From: Convolutriloba macropyga
Taxonomy: Eukaryota
Length of the DNA: 64,000 nt
Assembly (NCBI RefSeq): GCF_964194025.1
Contig: NC_134474.1
Coordinates: forward strand, 43,152,001-43,216,000
Direction of reading: 5' to 3'
Below the pieces are notes generated by a model. It saw only the letters and a list, made by a program, of their open reading frames with translations, was not told where the DNA came from and made no database searches. The position numbers were made by a program, and so were the translations under genes. Shown piece by piece: positions 12,683 through 24,600 of this stretch (positions are counted from its first letter, which is position 1; each line of letters opens with the position of its first letter).

Positions 12683-13765
12683 TCATGCCATAACAGGTGT
12701 CGGTGGCCGTGGATATGGCATAGGCGGCTGAAGTGGTGGCAGTGCGAGATTTTGTGCATCGGCTGACTCTTGGTTCACTGGGTTCAACACACCACTGCCT
12801 GAGGGTCTATGTACCAGATCGACTCTTCGATCACTGACAGATTGCTGTAGTTGAGCATGGAGGTGTTCCCGATACAACCCCTCTTGCTGAGCAATAGAAA
12901 TTGCAATTCCTGACCGTGTGTACTGAGATAGCATTTCAAGGTGATTTAGGTTTCCCGCAACATTATTTGAGTTTTTTGGAGGATTACTAAGTGCAATATC
13001 TTGAACAGGATAGTCAGTGGTTGCTGAACTAGGTCCAGAAAAGTTTAACTCACTTGCAGCATTCGATGAATTTAGCCAATCCTGAACAAGTTTCTGATTT
13101 CCATCTGATCCTTTATCTTTCAATAAGTTTCGTTCATTTGAGTGGTGACTATACAATGAGCGATTATCCATTAATTCTGCCTCATCTAATTTAGCTGCGG
13201 CAACACACTGGCAGTTGTCCTCCTCCAATTCTTGAAGTGCCATCTGCTCCATTTGTAATTCAAGCTCCTTTTTTCTTGTGGAAATTTCGTGTTCTTGTTT
13301 ATCGAGGTGCATGGCAGCTTGTTCTTGGTTATCAGCCTCCTCGCGTTTTAGTTTTGCAATGAGAAAGCCATATTTACGCTGGCTAGACATTGATGATGCT
13401 GTTCGGCGTGAACTTATCTCATACTTCTCTTGTGGATTAATGCTTTCGCTTACGGTGTCTCGGTCAGCAACTGAGTCAATATAGCTTCTAGCTGCAAGCA
13501 AGAAATTATCATTGTTCTTAGATACACCATCCAATCATGGTTCCAGGACAAGGTAAATGGAATCCTGGTTCTCGGCTTTACTGGCCAAGTCAAATAGTTC
13601 TTCATTCTTCTGCACCAGTTTACTGAAAACATCCTTCAACTTAGAAACCAAGGTTTCAATTTAAACCCTTGTGTTTTGGCGATCTATGGCACCTGTGATG
13701 TGGCTATGGATGTTACGATGGATGTTACTCAGATTCTTGATTAGATCTTGCATTAAAGAGCATTG
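12683..13765 (-). pseudogene. BEL/Pao gag N-terminal region (coiled coil plus Pro-rich stretch), frameshifted
   Basis: ORF 12683..13534 and upstream fragments lie between the LTRs in the same sense as the integrase; AARSYIDS helix, Ser-rich and E/K/Q coiled-coil segments fit a BEL Gag N-terminus. Confidence 0.7.
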
Positions 13766-13767
13766 CA

Positions 13768-14041
13768 CTAAGTGCAATATCTTGAACAGGATAGTCAGTG
13801 GTTGCTGAACTAGGTCCAGAAAAGTTTAACTCACTTGCAGCATTCGATGAATTTAGCCAATCCTGAACAAGTTTCTGACTTCCATCTGATCCCTTATCTT
13901 TCAATAAGTTTCGTTCATTTGAGTGGTGACTATACAATGAACGATTATCCATTAATTCGGCCTCATCCAATTTAGCTGCGGCAACACGCAGGCAGTTGTC
14001 CTCCTCCAATTCTTGAAGTGCCATCTGCTCCATTTGTAATT
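13768..14041 (-). repeat. Near-identical duplicate of gag segment 12987-13260
   Basis: ORF 13725..14033 repeats MEQMALQELEEDN...DIALS of ORF 12683..13534. Confidence 0.9.
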
Positions 14042-14680
14042 GATATTTAAATGATTAGGTCCATGATATTTAAATGATTAATTTACCAATGTAGAGTAAC
14101 TTTCAACCCGTGGAATGAGGGTTATAGCAAACCCAAATTAGGACGACTTGATAATCAAGACGTCGAAGAGCAGGGAAGAAGTTACCTAGTTACGAACTAC
14201 TCGGCGAAAGTGAGTAACAAAGGGGAGAAGGCGTCTAACGTGCTTCTAAACAACGTGTGACTAAACAAGAAGACCGGCAACCGGCGAAAGAGAACCGGGT
14301 GGACGAAGCACGACGAAACGGGAAACGAGATGGAAGGGGCGGGAAGAACGGGCGACCGGAGCGCAACGAAACAAACAACGTAACGGAACTGGCAAAAACG
14401 CGGGTAGGAGACGGTCAACGCAACGGACATGATGGAAACTGTGAACGGGCGACGCAAGAAGAAACGAGAAACGAGGAAACGAGGCGGACGGAACGGAAAT
14501 GTCGGGTGACGGGCTCACGACGCGGCGGGAAAACGGACGGTTAGAACGGAAGCGTTGAACCAGTAGCGCGCAACGAAATAGAAAGACCAGAATGAACGAT
14601 CGGGAGACGATCAAGCAACAAGCTGGGAGGTTGGGAAGTACTATGCTAGCAGGCCACTGCAACAAAATCAAACAAACAAA

Positions 14681-15202
14681 CTAGCCGTAACTGCAGAGAA
14701 AAATTTAGTCACCTTCTAGGAAGGAGGAGAGATGCCACTGCTAGACAAACCAGCACGAGTCATTTTGAGTTTCAATAAGAACAAATAACGAACGAATTTA
14801 CGGTAAATCAGTAGTATACTAAATGGATGAAAAGAGCGAGAAATTTACTAGCCGTAAGTCAAGAATAAACTTAAGTCACTCTCTAGCAATATTCAAAACT
14901 AAACAACTGATCAGCATACCAACAATATTAAACAAACTACAGCAAAAGTTAAATAACATGCGTTTTTGTAGTCTATGAAAACTGTAAAAGTGAAAAACAA
15001 TCTAACCGTAACCCCAGAACAATCTTAAGTCACACCCTAGAAGGCAAAAAGACCAAACCAACAGGCAATAATACAGTTACACGCAAACTTACAGCAGCAA
15101 AAATCAATATACTACAACAGGGGAGCTAGTATATTAGCAAAGTTGAAAAAGTCAAGAGACACTCCCAGCCGTAACTCCTGAATGAATTAAGTCACACCAT
15201 AG
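14681..15202. repeat. Four 38-39 bp conserved cores at 154-167 bp spacing
   Basis: CTAGCCGTAAC...GAA...TTAAGTCAC...CTAG-like cores start at 14681, 14848, 15002 and 15165; the sequences between them are much more diverged. Confidence 0.75.
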
Positions 15203-15961
15203 AAAACTACAAGACCAAAACAACTGACCAGCACACTAGCATAATCAACATACTGCAACAAAAACAGAAACTTACTTGATCACATAAGACAACATACTAC
15301 ATAGAAGGAACAAATGAAGCTGAGAATTACGAAATTGAACGTAAAAAATCGGAATGACCGTATACGAAAATGAATAACAAAGTTATGGGAGAGCGACGTT
15401 ATAGAAAAATAATCGGAACGGAGATTTGAAAAGATAAAGGACGGTGCGACATTGATTCGAGAACGAGAAAAAAGTCTGGCATTGCGAATTTTTTTGGAGT
15501 CCAGAGGTTGTGAATTTTTGTTCACACCCTTCTGTATTGAGATTCACTCAATTAACGAACTTTCGATTGATAAAAATAATTTTGACGAATTTGTCAAAAT
15601 TTTTTTGCTTTTGTGCAATTTTCTAAAGTTTTGGTCAATTTTTTTTTGCAAATCCTCAATTACGGAACATAATGTAGTAAATTGAACAGTTTTATATCTG
15701 AAAGTATGGTTTATCAATATTCGGTGGTGATATTCTAATTTTTTTGATTTGCCTCAAAATTGACCAAAAATTTTCTAAATTGAACAATTTAGCATTATGT
15801 TCTCACATTTTTCTTATATCTGAGGTAAATTGTTGCTATATAGCCATAGTTGACGTTTTTCCTGAATTTACTAAAATTCGACAAAAAATTTTACAAAATC
15901 GATGTTTTTTTGTCACAAAAATTTATATATGTCGGGTTTGATGGTGACCGGTTATCTAAAT

Positions 15962-16082
15962 AGCGGAATTCAAAAAATTTCTGTATTAAAAATCGCGGAA
16001 TTTCTAATTTAAGATTTCCGTATTGAAAATCGCGGAATTCTTATTTTAAGATTTCCGTTTTCAAAATCTCGGAATACTTAAA
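15962..16082. repeat. Short tandem array (unit roughly 35 bp) with CGGAA...TTCCG inverted motifs; probable MITE remnant
   Basis: AAAATCGCGGAATT...AAGATTTCCGT repeated 3-4 times. Confidence 0.65.
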
Positions 16083-16945
16083 TTTTGATCTGATACCTTT
16101 AATTTTTTTGATAACACAATATATTTGATTGAAAATTAGGTGTTGGAGTTTGCCGCATAAATTGAAAACAAATTACTGCTAAATATGTGTTGTTTTTATC
16201 TTGCAATTTTTGTTGTCTTTCGAAATCATTATCATTCTCCAGAAGATTGGGTTGTCGCAAAATTGGCCTTAAATTGCTAAGAGTGCCCACTAACTGTCAA
16301 GCTTGATTCTGTTTGCAACTTCTGATGCGCATGTCGTGAATGGCCACATCCAGGTCACTCACAGCTGTCAATATTGTCCTGCCAACTGTTACTACACACT
16401 GTCTGCACGTAGCTCTAAATACTTTTCGGGATATCTCTGGTTAGAAAGTCCCAAATCGTCACCCGACTAACGGCAACCGTCTGCGAATAGTGTTCCCCGG
16501 CTGTTGAATGCACAACCGTTTGCAAATGTCAGACAGTCCACTGATGCGTCTAGTTCCTCTGGGTACGTGTGATCAAACGACTCGATGAGTTCGATATATA
16601 CACACAATTTATGTACAACCCTTCGGTGAAGAAATTTTATGTACATTAAGAAAGAGTTTGAGTTCTTGTTAAAATTGAGTTTTGGAAATCACTCTATTTC
16701 TTCAGCGTTAGGTGGACTCAGCCATTTCAAGTGCCGTGAAGGACTTCTACTGGCTGATTTCGACATTGTACTTGAATTGGTCCTTTGACTTTTTGTCTAG
16801 CCTCGTAGAGTATGAGGGATGAGTTTCAATTTCTTCAGGTAAGTAATCTCTTAAAATAACTGATCAATACTAAACAAAAAAAACAAAAAAGCAAAATAAA
16901 ACAAATTTGCAAGGTAAAATAATAAAGAAAAAGGAAAGAATCGAT

Positions 16946-17011
16946 GTTCATTGGTGGGGCTCGAACCACCTTCTGCGCATCTGCTGATCGGTTAGCGCAC
17001 TGGACCAGAGA
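16946..17011 (-). pseudogene. tRNA-derived (SINE-head-like) sequence
   Basis: Minus strand has A-box-like TGGTCCAGTGCG and B box GGTTCGAGCCC; cloverleaf incomplete. Confidence 0.5.
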
Positions 17012-17248
17012 GTTCGTTTTAATTGAAGATAATAGGATTGAGATCTAAAACAAGTGTGTTTTCAAATTCAATTAAAAGAAGTAATGATGTGATAAAAAGT
17101 GCTACGCTGACCTAAACCGTAAAACCACTGAAACCAAACCGCGCGTAGCACATTGCAACTTAGAATGTTGTTCTTCTTTTCTTTAATTCAGTGGAGTATC
17201 AATAAAACATGTTCTAAGAACTGTAATGAAAACGAAATAAGAGACAAC

Positions 17249-17320
17249 GGCACAGCAGGGATTCGAACTTTCGTCGTAAAATTTGTCCATTCCGCGTTCG
17301 CGCTTTTAGCCGCTGCACCG
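17249..17320 (-). pseudogene. tRNA-derived (SINE-head-like) sequence
   Basis: Minus strand has A-box-like GGTGCAGCGG and B-box-like AGTTCGAATCCC. Confidence 0.4.
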
Positions 17321-17588
17321 TTTCGAAATGACTCAATGACGACTCGATGAGTTCGATATTCAATCTTTGACTAACTAGCACATAAGATTTTTTCCAAAGC
17401 GACTTTTCCTGATCTTTTCCAGGCGACTTTTCCAAAGCGACTTTCCTGATCTTTTCGCTTTGATCAGGCTTCGAATTTAAACCCCATAGATCAAATCTAT
17501 TAAACTAAAATTTGTCACAACAATTATGTAAAGATTGGATATCAGTTTTTTTCTCAAACTTTACTTGGCTCAGTAAGGAGTTGCTCCA

Positions 17589-18023
17589 TGTAAAGGTAAA
17601 AACACTCTTTCGTATCTTCAATTGATTCAAACTACATAAAGCAACGTCTATAAAGATAGCAGAATGTATATAGAGTAACGTATTGACCTTGTTACGTACA
17701 TAGCAGCGTATTAACTCATCGATGAGAGCAGCAAGTGGTTTTTTAGACGGCAATTTTTGATGGTCATTTGGGCGGTATTTTGTCTGATAACGAATCAGTT
17801 CAATGCCAGTCACCATTTTGTACCAATTAATGCAAAAACCCGAAAATTATTGATCCGAATCATGTCTTATTTGATAGGTCATATGATTAGGTTAACTTAA
17901 AATTATGTTATTTGCACTTTTTCCGAGCTTTGTACGTAAATTGGAACGATTTCTTTGCGTATTTAAATGCTTAGAAATACTCGTTTCTGATTGGATAATA
18001 ATCTCTCGCTTTACTCAGTAACA
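17589..18023 (-). repeat. 5' LTR of the BEL/Pao element
   Basis: Direct repeat of 11233-11668, followed on the minus strand by TGGAGCAAC. Confidence 0.92.
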
Positions 18024-18229
18024 GCACACCTGTTTTTGGCATTTGTCTTGAAGGGCGGTTCTGATTAATAACGATAAATCTCAAGGGATACAAACAGTGA
18101 TCAGATGAAATTCATCAAATTAGCCTACGGCGATAATTTTATTCAGTCTTGGAAACTTTTCTTACTCTCAACCCTGCACTCAGACCACGGGTATTAAGAG
18201 TCATAATTCCATAATCATAGCTGCAGATA

Positions 18230-19500
18230 CGCATGTAGGATGTTCCTCTTGAAGCTGCTGGATTTCCACTTACTGCACTTGACGTCCATGCTCGTCCATC
18301 ATTTTGCAAAGCACAGTTCTGCATTGCGCTTTTTTGGTAATCCCTTTTCATTTCAAATTAAATAAGTTATTTTGAAGTTTTCCTGATCTTTTTCCTGAAG
18401 TTTTTTTGATCCTCAATTGTTTCCCCGTTTTTGCATAGTGTGACGTTTCTTGTTCTTCTGCTTCTCTGTCCTTGATAATGACAACATACCCTCTTGCAGT
18501 GAAACAAACTCTAAAGACTTTTTGAGGTACCTTCAATCACATGAATTTTACTTGGACACTGAATTGTTTGTGCAAGATCTATGAACAAGTCATCTTTTTA
18601 AAATTTTTTTATAAGACTAGTTTGTCGTTAATTTTCAGACGTTAAAAAATATGTCCTTGATTTCGTTTATCAATTGCAGTGCTTATTTCATTAATTAATA
18701 TTGTTAACTGAGGTATAATTAAATAAATTGATCGAATAAACTTTAACATTGACTTCAACTAATTGTATCTAATTCTATGAATTGAATATCTTTTAGGACT
18801 CTCGTTTTAAAAACTCTTTATTTACAATTCCAAGCAATTCCTTCAGGATACCAACAATCCCTGTTTTTTGCAAACCATAGATTTGCCTTTGCTTTTTTCA
18901 GAGCAGTGAGTTGCTTTATCGTACATTTTTTGGAACATAGAGTTGACAAAGATGACGTTTTTTATTCGCAGAATAAAATTCCATAACTGTAGTCAAACTT
19001 TATATATTTGAACTAAAGCTCGAGAGTCAAGTTGAAAACAAAATGGGTTCTGATTAAAAGCTCGGTTAAAACAGACCGTGGAGCTTGAGGGGTGCAAACA
19101 GTGTTCCACGATGTTTCTCTTGAAGCTGCCGGATTTCCATCTTCTGCATTTGATTTCCATTCGCATGCCGACATTGCAATGCACAGTTCTGTTTCGCCTT
19201 TGTTTGTTAATTCCTTTTCTTTTCAATGTAAAAAAATTCTTTTGACAACCTGAAATTCTTGCAAACGTGTTGATATCCTGCTTTTGCATGGTGTGGCGTT
19301 TCTCGTTTTTCTGTTACCTGTGTCCTGGACAGCATCAACTTACCCTCTTGCAGTGAAAAAACGATCAAAGGATTCTTCGTTTCTTAGGATCCTGAGTCGC
19401 TTGTGCAATATCTAAGAACTGCCCGTTCCTATCAATTTTTCCGAGAAAGCTTCTTTGTTCTTGATAATCAGACTTTTAACGTTATATTCCTGATCTTGTT
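18230..19500. repeat. Old diverged tandem duplication (unit about 0.87 kb); the left unit continues at 10760-11230 once the BEL element is removed
   Basis: 18235-18670 resembles 19108-19500 (CTCTTGAAGCTGC...GGATTTCCA...GCACAGTTCTG); 18720-18990 resembles 10840-11170 (AAAAACTC.TTAT.TACAA, TTTTTGGAACATA..GTTGACAAA). Confidence 0.65.
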
Positions 19501-19736
19501 CTGGAAATTACGAAATCACAAGGGTAATTTATTTACAAGAAAATGAATAGTTGTCTAATAAATAGTTGTTAAACAGAGGTTTAATAAACTCTTAAGTTCT
19601 TATTATTCGTTTTGAATTACTCTCGTGAATAAAACTTTGCACTTGACAGTCAGTCATTCAGTCTTAACTACTTCATCATGTTTTCAATGCTTTTGCAACA
19701 CAGAAATATAAAAACTTCAGCGGCTTTGATACCGTA

Positions 19737-20342
19737 CCCGGGTCGAGGTTTTTGGGTAAATTTACGTAAGAAATGCGGTGAATGCGGTGAATTTTTGTAA
19801 GAAATGCGGTGATTGCGGTGAATGCGGTGAAAATAAATATTTCAGCGCATTTCACCGCATTTCTTACAAAAATTCACCGCAAAATTCACCGCATTTCTTA
19901 CAAAAATTCACCGCATCAACTTTTGTGGCAAAATAATGTAAGAAATGCGGTGAAAGCGGTGAATGCGGTGAAAAAAAATAATTCACCACATTTCACCGCA
20001 TTTCTTACAAAAATTCACCGCCAAATTCACCGCATTTCTTACAAAAATTGACCGCATCTGATTCCAAAGTTTACTCAATCTGATTTAAATTCACAAGAAA
20101 TTCCAAAGATGGTAGTGACAGTTGGCGCAGAGGAATAAGCAGTGGAAGGTATGCAGGAGGTCAGGGGTTCGATCCCGTGTGGGGACCATTCTTTTTTGTA
20201 AGAATACTGAAAACGCGGTGAAAATAAATAATTCACCGCGATTCACCGCATTCACCGCAAAAAGATGTAAGAAATACGCGGTGAAAATTATTTTTTTTCA
20301 CCGCATTTCTTACGAAAATTCACCACCAAACCTCGACCCGGG
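19737..20342. mobile_element. MITE (non-autonomous DNA transposon, TA target, Tc1/mariner-like), 606 bp
   Basis: TA|CCCGGGTCGAGGTTT...AAACCTCGACCCGGG|TA; imperfect TIR of about 45 bp; many internal AAGAAATGCGGTGAA/TTCACCGCATTTCTT motifs in both orientations. Confidence 0.9.
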
Positions 20343-21025
20343 TAGTATAAAAATTTCACCAATTTTAGCGGAATGGAACCACGGCTTTTTAAAAGCGGTA
20401 ACTGAATTTCTGAGTCAGGTTTAGTGTAAAAAATTCAGACAATCAGAGCAAATTGTTTGTGTCGAACTCGAACTCGAAGATGACGTTGAGCCATCGGTAG
20501 TGTGATGCGTAACGGAGTCGCAAATGTGCAAGCTAATGACACTTAATGAAACTGGTATGAGACGGAATGAAGCGAAAAGCCAAAATAGCAATGCGCAAAC
20601 GACAAAAAAAGGAAAATAATATCAGCGCAGTATAAATGGCGCATATGACGCACGACAAGACTGAGATAAGAAAATAGAATCCACAGTTGAATGAAGCGTG
20701 AAGAGAAAGACGGTACGGACAGCAAAGAAACGACATGTAGAAAAAGCACGATGAAATGTAAAAAAAGAACGAGACATGAAGTTCCAGTGCAATGTGAACG
20801 ACACATGAAAAAACTACAAAAACATAAAAAAAATTGTCAGATTTAAAAAAAGAAATAATTACAAGGACAATGAAAAAGTAGGGAGAGTCAGGGAATTTTA
20901 AAGATTTTTCGTCCTCAACAAATGGCACAAAATGAAACGCAGTAGGTGAACGCAATTGTGAAACAGTAAACAAAACAATGCTCTGAATTTAATTAAAAAG
21001 AATAGCAAAAATTATTAATGACAAT

Positions 21026-21632
21026 TCCAGGGTCGACGTTTTTGGGTAAATTTTTGTAAGAAATGCGGTGAATGCGGTGAACTTTTGTAAGAAAAGAGGT
21101 GATTGCGGTGAATGCGGTGAAAATAAATATTTCACCGCATTTTACCACATTTCTTACATAAATTCACCGCAAAATTCACTGCATTTCTTACAAAAATTCA
21201 CCGCATCAAATTTTGTGGTAAATTAATGTAAGAAATGCGGTGAAAGTGGTGAATACGGTGAAAAAAATAATTCACCACATTTTACCGCATTTCTTATAAA
21301 AAATCACCGCAAAATTCACCGCATTTCTTACAAAAATTCACCGCATATGATTTCCAAAGTGTAATCAATCTGATTTAAGTTCACAAGAAATTGCAAAGAT
21401 GCAAGTGTCAGTTGGAGCAATGGACTAAGCAGTTGAAAGCATACATGACGTCAAAGGTTCGAACCCATGTGGGGACGATTATTTTTTGTAAGAATAGTGA
21501 GAACGCGGTGAAAATATATAATTCACTGCGATTCATCCCATTCACAGCAAAAAGATGTAAGAAATACGCGGTGAAAATTTTTTTTCACCGCATTTCACCG
21601 CATTTCTTACAAAAATCTACCGCCAAACCTGG
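21026..21632. mobile_element. Second, more diverged copy of the same MITE (right TIR damaged)
   Basis: Collinear with 19737-20342, same orientation. Confidence 0.88.
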
Positions 21633-22254
21633 TTAGAATGCAGCAGGGCAATAACAGCACAGGAATGCAAAGGATAAATTTCAGTTATTTCTACCTCTTC
21701 GCCAACCCGAAATTAAAAAGCTTTTGCTTCACATTCGAGAGTTTGCTTGGTTGAAATTAAAGTACTTGAGCCTGATGTGGTCTTTACGCTTTAACACTAT
21801 AAATAGTGTTTTCGGCATAAGCATAATCTCTTGTGTAGTATTGCTAATTGGATAATTGCCGCCTCAATTACCGATACTACAGAGTATTTATAATTATTTA
21901 ATCGTCGAATTTGTGAACACTTTAGACTTAGTCTAAACTGACGGAACATCAAGAGAGAGCTATGCTGCGTGAAATGCGTTGTGTGAAAGAATACAATATC
22001 TTGACCAAATAGTGTTGCGTATTATTTAATACACTATAGAAAAGCCTATGGCAGCTGATTCACTGCCGCTATTAATACGCGTACTAAGTGATGGATACTG
22101 AAGCTATCTAGGCCGGTCTTCACAGCAGCAAGCCATAAACGAATATACGAATAATGACGAATAAGAGTTGGCTCCACGAGTGACCTGGGAATTAATTCGG
22201 AGCTGGTCATTAGCCTCGTGATTTGTTAGTCGTGTTGACTCAAGGTTAACACGC

Positions 22255-22292
22255 GCCCCCGGGCGAGCCCCCGGGCGAGCCCCCGGGCGAGC
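22255..22292. repeat. 3 x 12-bp GC-rich tandem repeat (GCCCCCGGGCGA)
   Basis: Exact copies visible. Confidence 0.9.
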
Positions 22293-22369
22293 TTAAAGCT
22301 TGTTGTTCAAGGAAGTCAGTTCCTCAACTCAACGAGCGCAATTTATGCCGCTTCTGTTTAGCTCAAAAA

Positions 22370-22371
<2 letters not shown>

Positions 22372-22422
<51 letters not shown>
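22372..22422. repeat. (CT)n microsatellite
   Basis: Directly visible. Confidence 0.98.
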
Positions 22423-22425
<3 letters not shown>

Positions 22426-23599
22426 TCTAAGAGCGAAAACTACTCCTCCGCTAAGCGGGAAATATCGCAGCAATTGTAAGTCTGCCGATTTTTATAACAA
22501 AGGAAACTTAGAGTATTATTCACATCCAGCAGTAAGATGGATTTAATTACTTGATTAAAATTAGATTCCCCACCATTTTTTCAAGTAGGATTTGCCCCCC
22601 ATTGTGCTCTATCCTTTCTTTTTGGTTCTTAATTATTCTTTATATCTAATCAATTTTTTTCTAGCAAATAACACGTAGGTTTGGAAATTAGAAAAAAATA
22701 TTGTGAGCATTTAGTGAGACTTATTCTGGCACTTAATTAAGGTCGCTAAATTAATATTGATTTAGCTCTAGTGTGGTAATTAGGATCAAGCTAATAAAAT
22801 CCCTACCACATCAGAGTCAAAAACTGGTGCGACGAAGAATAAAGAACGTCGGTTGCTCACAAATAATTAAAAACTTGGTGGACTTCTTGTGGCTAGTTTT
22901 CCGAACCAAAACTCAGAGGTCACACAGGTTCTATGGTAGGGCCACATACCGAGCTATCCCAGTACCTGTGCGAGAGGTTCTAAGATTCTGACTTCCCTAA
23001 TTAAGGCCGACCAAAGCAGACGGGTTCTCCCTACAAAAGAACAGTTCACTGATTAGTTACTGAGCGCCGGTTCTTTGCTTCTTAGACCCAATTTCTGACA
23101 CTCTTATTTGGTTTTTTAAGCGCACACCTGAGTAAAAAATTGTGCATCATAGAAACACGTCTTTTTACTCCCCTTCCGAACAATATTAGACAAAACCGGT
23201 CACCTTAATGCTACTTTTAGACTAAATATTTTTTTTCAACTTAATCAAATCTTTAATAATGTCAGCATAAGGAACTGTACTATCCCCCCTGGTCGTCTAT
23301 ACGAAATCATATGCGCATATTCCTTAATTTATCTCTCATAATATGTCATTAATTTAACTTTAGCGTGTCTTAAACCTCTTAGTTTTTCACTCATTGTCTA
23401 AATTATTGGACTTATCATTCTCCAAACCGCTAGTAATGCAGAAAAAAATGACCCACATGCAATTAAGCCTAGTTTAACGTTGTTTTGCTTCATTTTTCAT
23501 GCATAGTGTATCTATTAGTGTCTCTAAAAATTAAAAGCTCACTCTGATAGCTACAAATAACGTTGCATTGTTAATAAGCGTCTCATCAATTGCTATAGC

Positions 23600-24600
23600 G
23601 CCTAAATTTAACGCCTGAATTCTTAAAATTTCGCGGTTTTAAGTTGAACAGAGGTGGTTTTATCAAGTTTTTAGCCCAATTTTGTCTTTTTTCGCCTAAG
23701 TTAACAGGAATTAGTGAGGTTTTATTCAAAAATCGAACAATTACACCAAAATTTTTTACTAGAATTGTCCAAAATAAATTGAAAACTTTCAAATTATATC
23801 AGATTTTTGAAGAATTTAGCCCCATTTAATATTGAAATTGTATGTTTTTGCCTAAATTCACCCCAGTTTTGAGCAAATAAATGAATTTTGGTTCCAAATT
23901 TGAACTACATTTGACCAAAAAAAGCCCAAATTGTCCCCTGAGTTTGCCAACTTAAGCTCATAGAGCTCTAACAGTCACTAATTTAGACCAGATTTTTTTC
24001 AATTTTTACTTAAAAATTGTCCAATTTTAGACTGTTTGGTCCTAAATTTGCCAATTGTTAACCAGAATATTTTAGTTTTCGTCCAAAATTTACACAAATT
24101 TATCGGTTTTACACCAATGTTTACCATGGGTTAACCAGAAATTAGCCAAATTTGGTAAATTTTAACCACATTTTAAGCTTTTAAACCCAAAATCGATACA
24201 ATTTCGACCACAAATTGTTAAATTTGTCCAAATATATTGACATAAAAGCGCAAAATTGTGAAAAAAATGACCAATTTGATCCAAATATTTCGCAATTTTG
24301 CCCTGTTTCATCAAGAAAACAGGCGGTTTTGGTAATAGATTGTCAACAGTTTTTCAAAGTTTTGTCTAAATTGATCCTGTAATTGATCAAAATTGACTCA
24401 AAATTGTCTTTTTTTGCGCAAATATGACCCCAAACATTTGTGAAAAAATACGAAACTTGTGAAAAATTACTTGAATTGAACCACAAAAGCAGAAAAATAT
24501 CTCAATTTGAATAAAAACTGGCAGATCAAATCTCGAAATTGCTCTTAAACTTGCAAACAACTTCCTAAAACTGGCCGACAATCATCAAGTATTGGTAAAT
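23600..24600. other. Stretch of A/T tracts with apparent 10-11 bp phasing
   Basis: AAATTT/AATTT/TTTT tracts alternate with CC/GG/GTCC roughly once per helical turn, with no exact repeat unit. Confidence 0.5.

Larger units (their letters stand above)
11233..18023 (-). mobile_element. BEL/Pao LTR retrotransposon, internally deleted and non-autonomous
   Basis: Two similar LTRs of about 435 bp with TGT...ACA ends; exact 5-bp TSD GCACA (11228-11232 and 18024-18028); TGG-started PBS-like site after the 5' LTR; purine run GGAGGA before the 3' LTR; BEL integrase motifs inside. Confidence 0.92.

Noticed and set aside
14681-15202. CRISPR-like repeat-spacer array
   Set aside because: Repeats are degenerate, spacers are 115-130 bp and partly homologous to each other; kept only as a structured tandem repeat.
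16321-16600. Hammerhead ribozyme (CTGATGCG motifs)
   Set aside because: Core is not CUGAnGA and no matching GAAA with stems was found.
16946-17320. Functional tRNA genes
   Set aside because: A and B boxes are present but the acceptor and anticodon stems do not form; treated as tRNA-derived remnants.
22824-22840. TGGTGCGACGAAG as the PBS of the env-bearing element
   Set aside because: No convincing tRNA match and no second LTR to fix the boundary; the 5' end of that element remains undefined.
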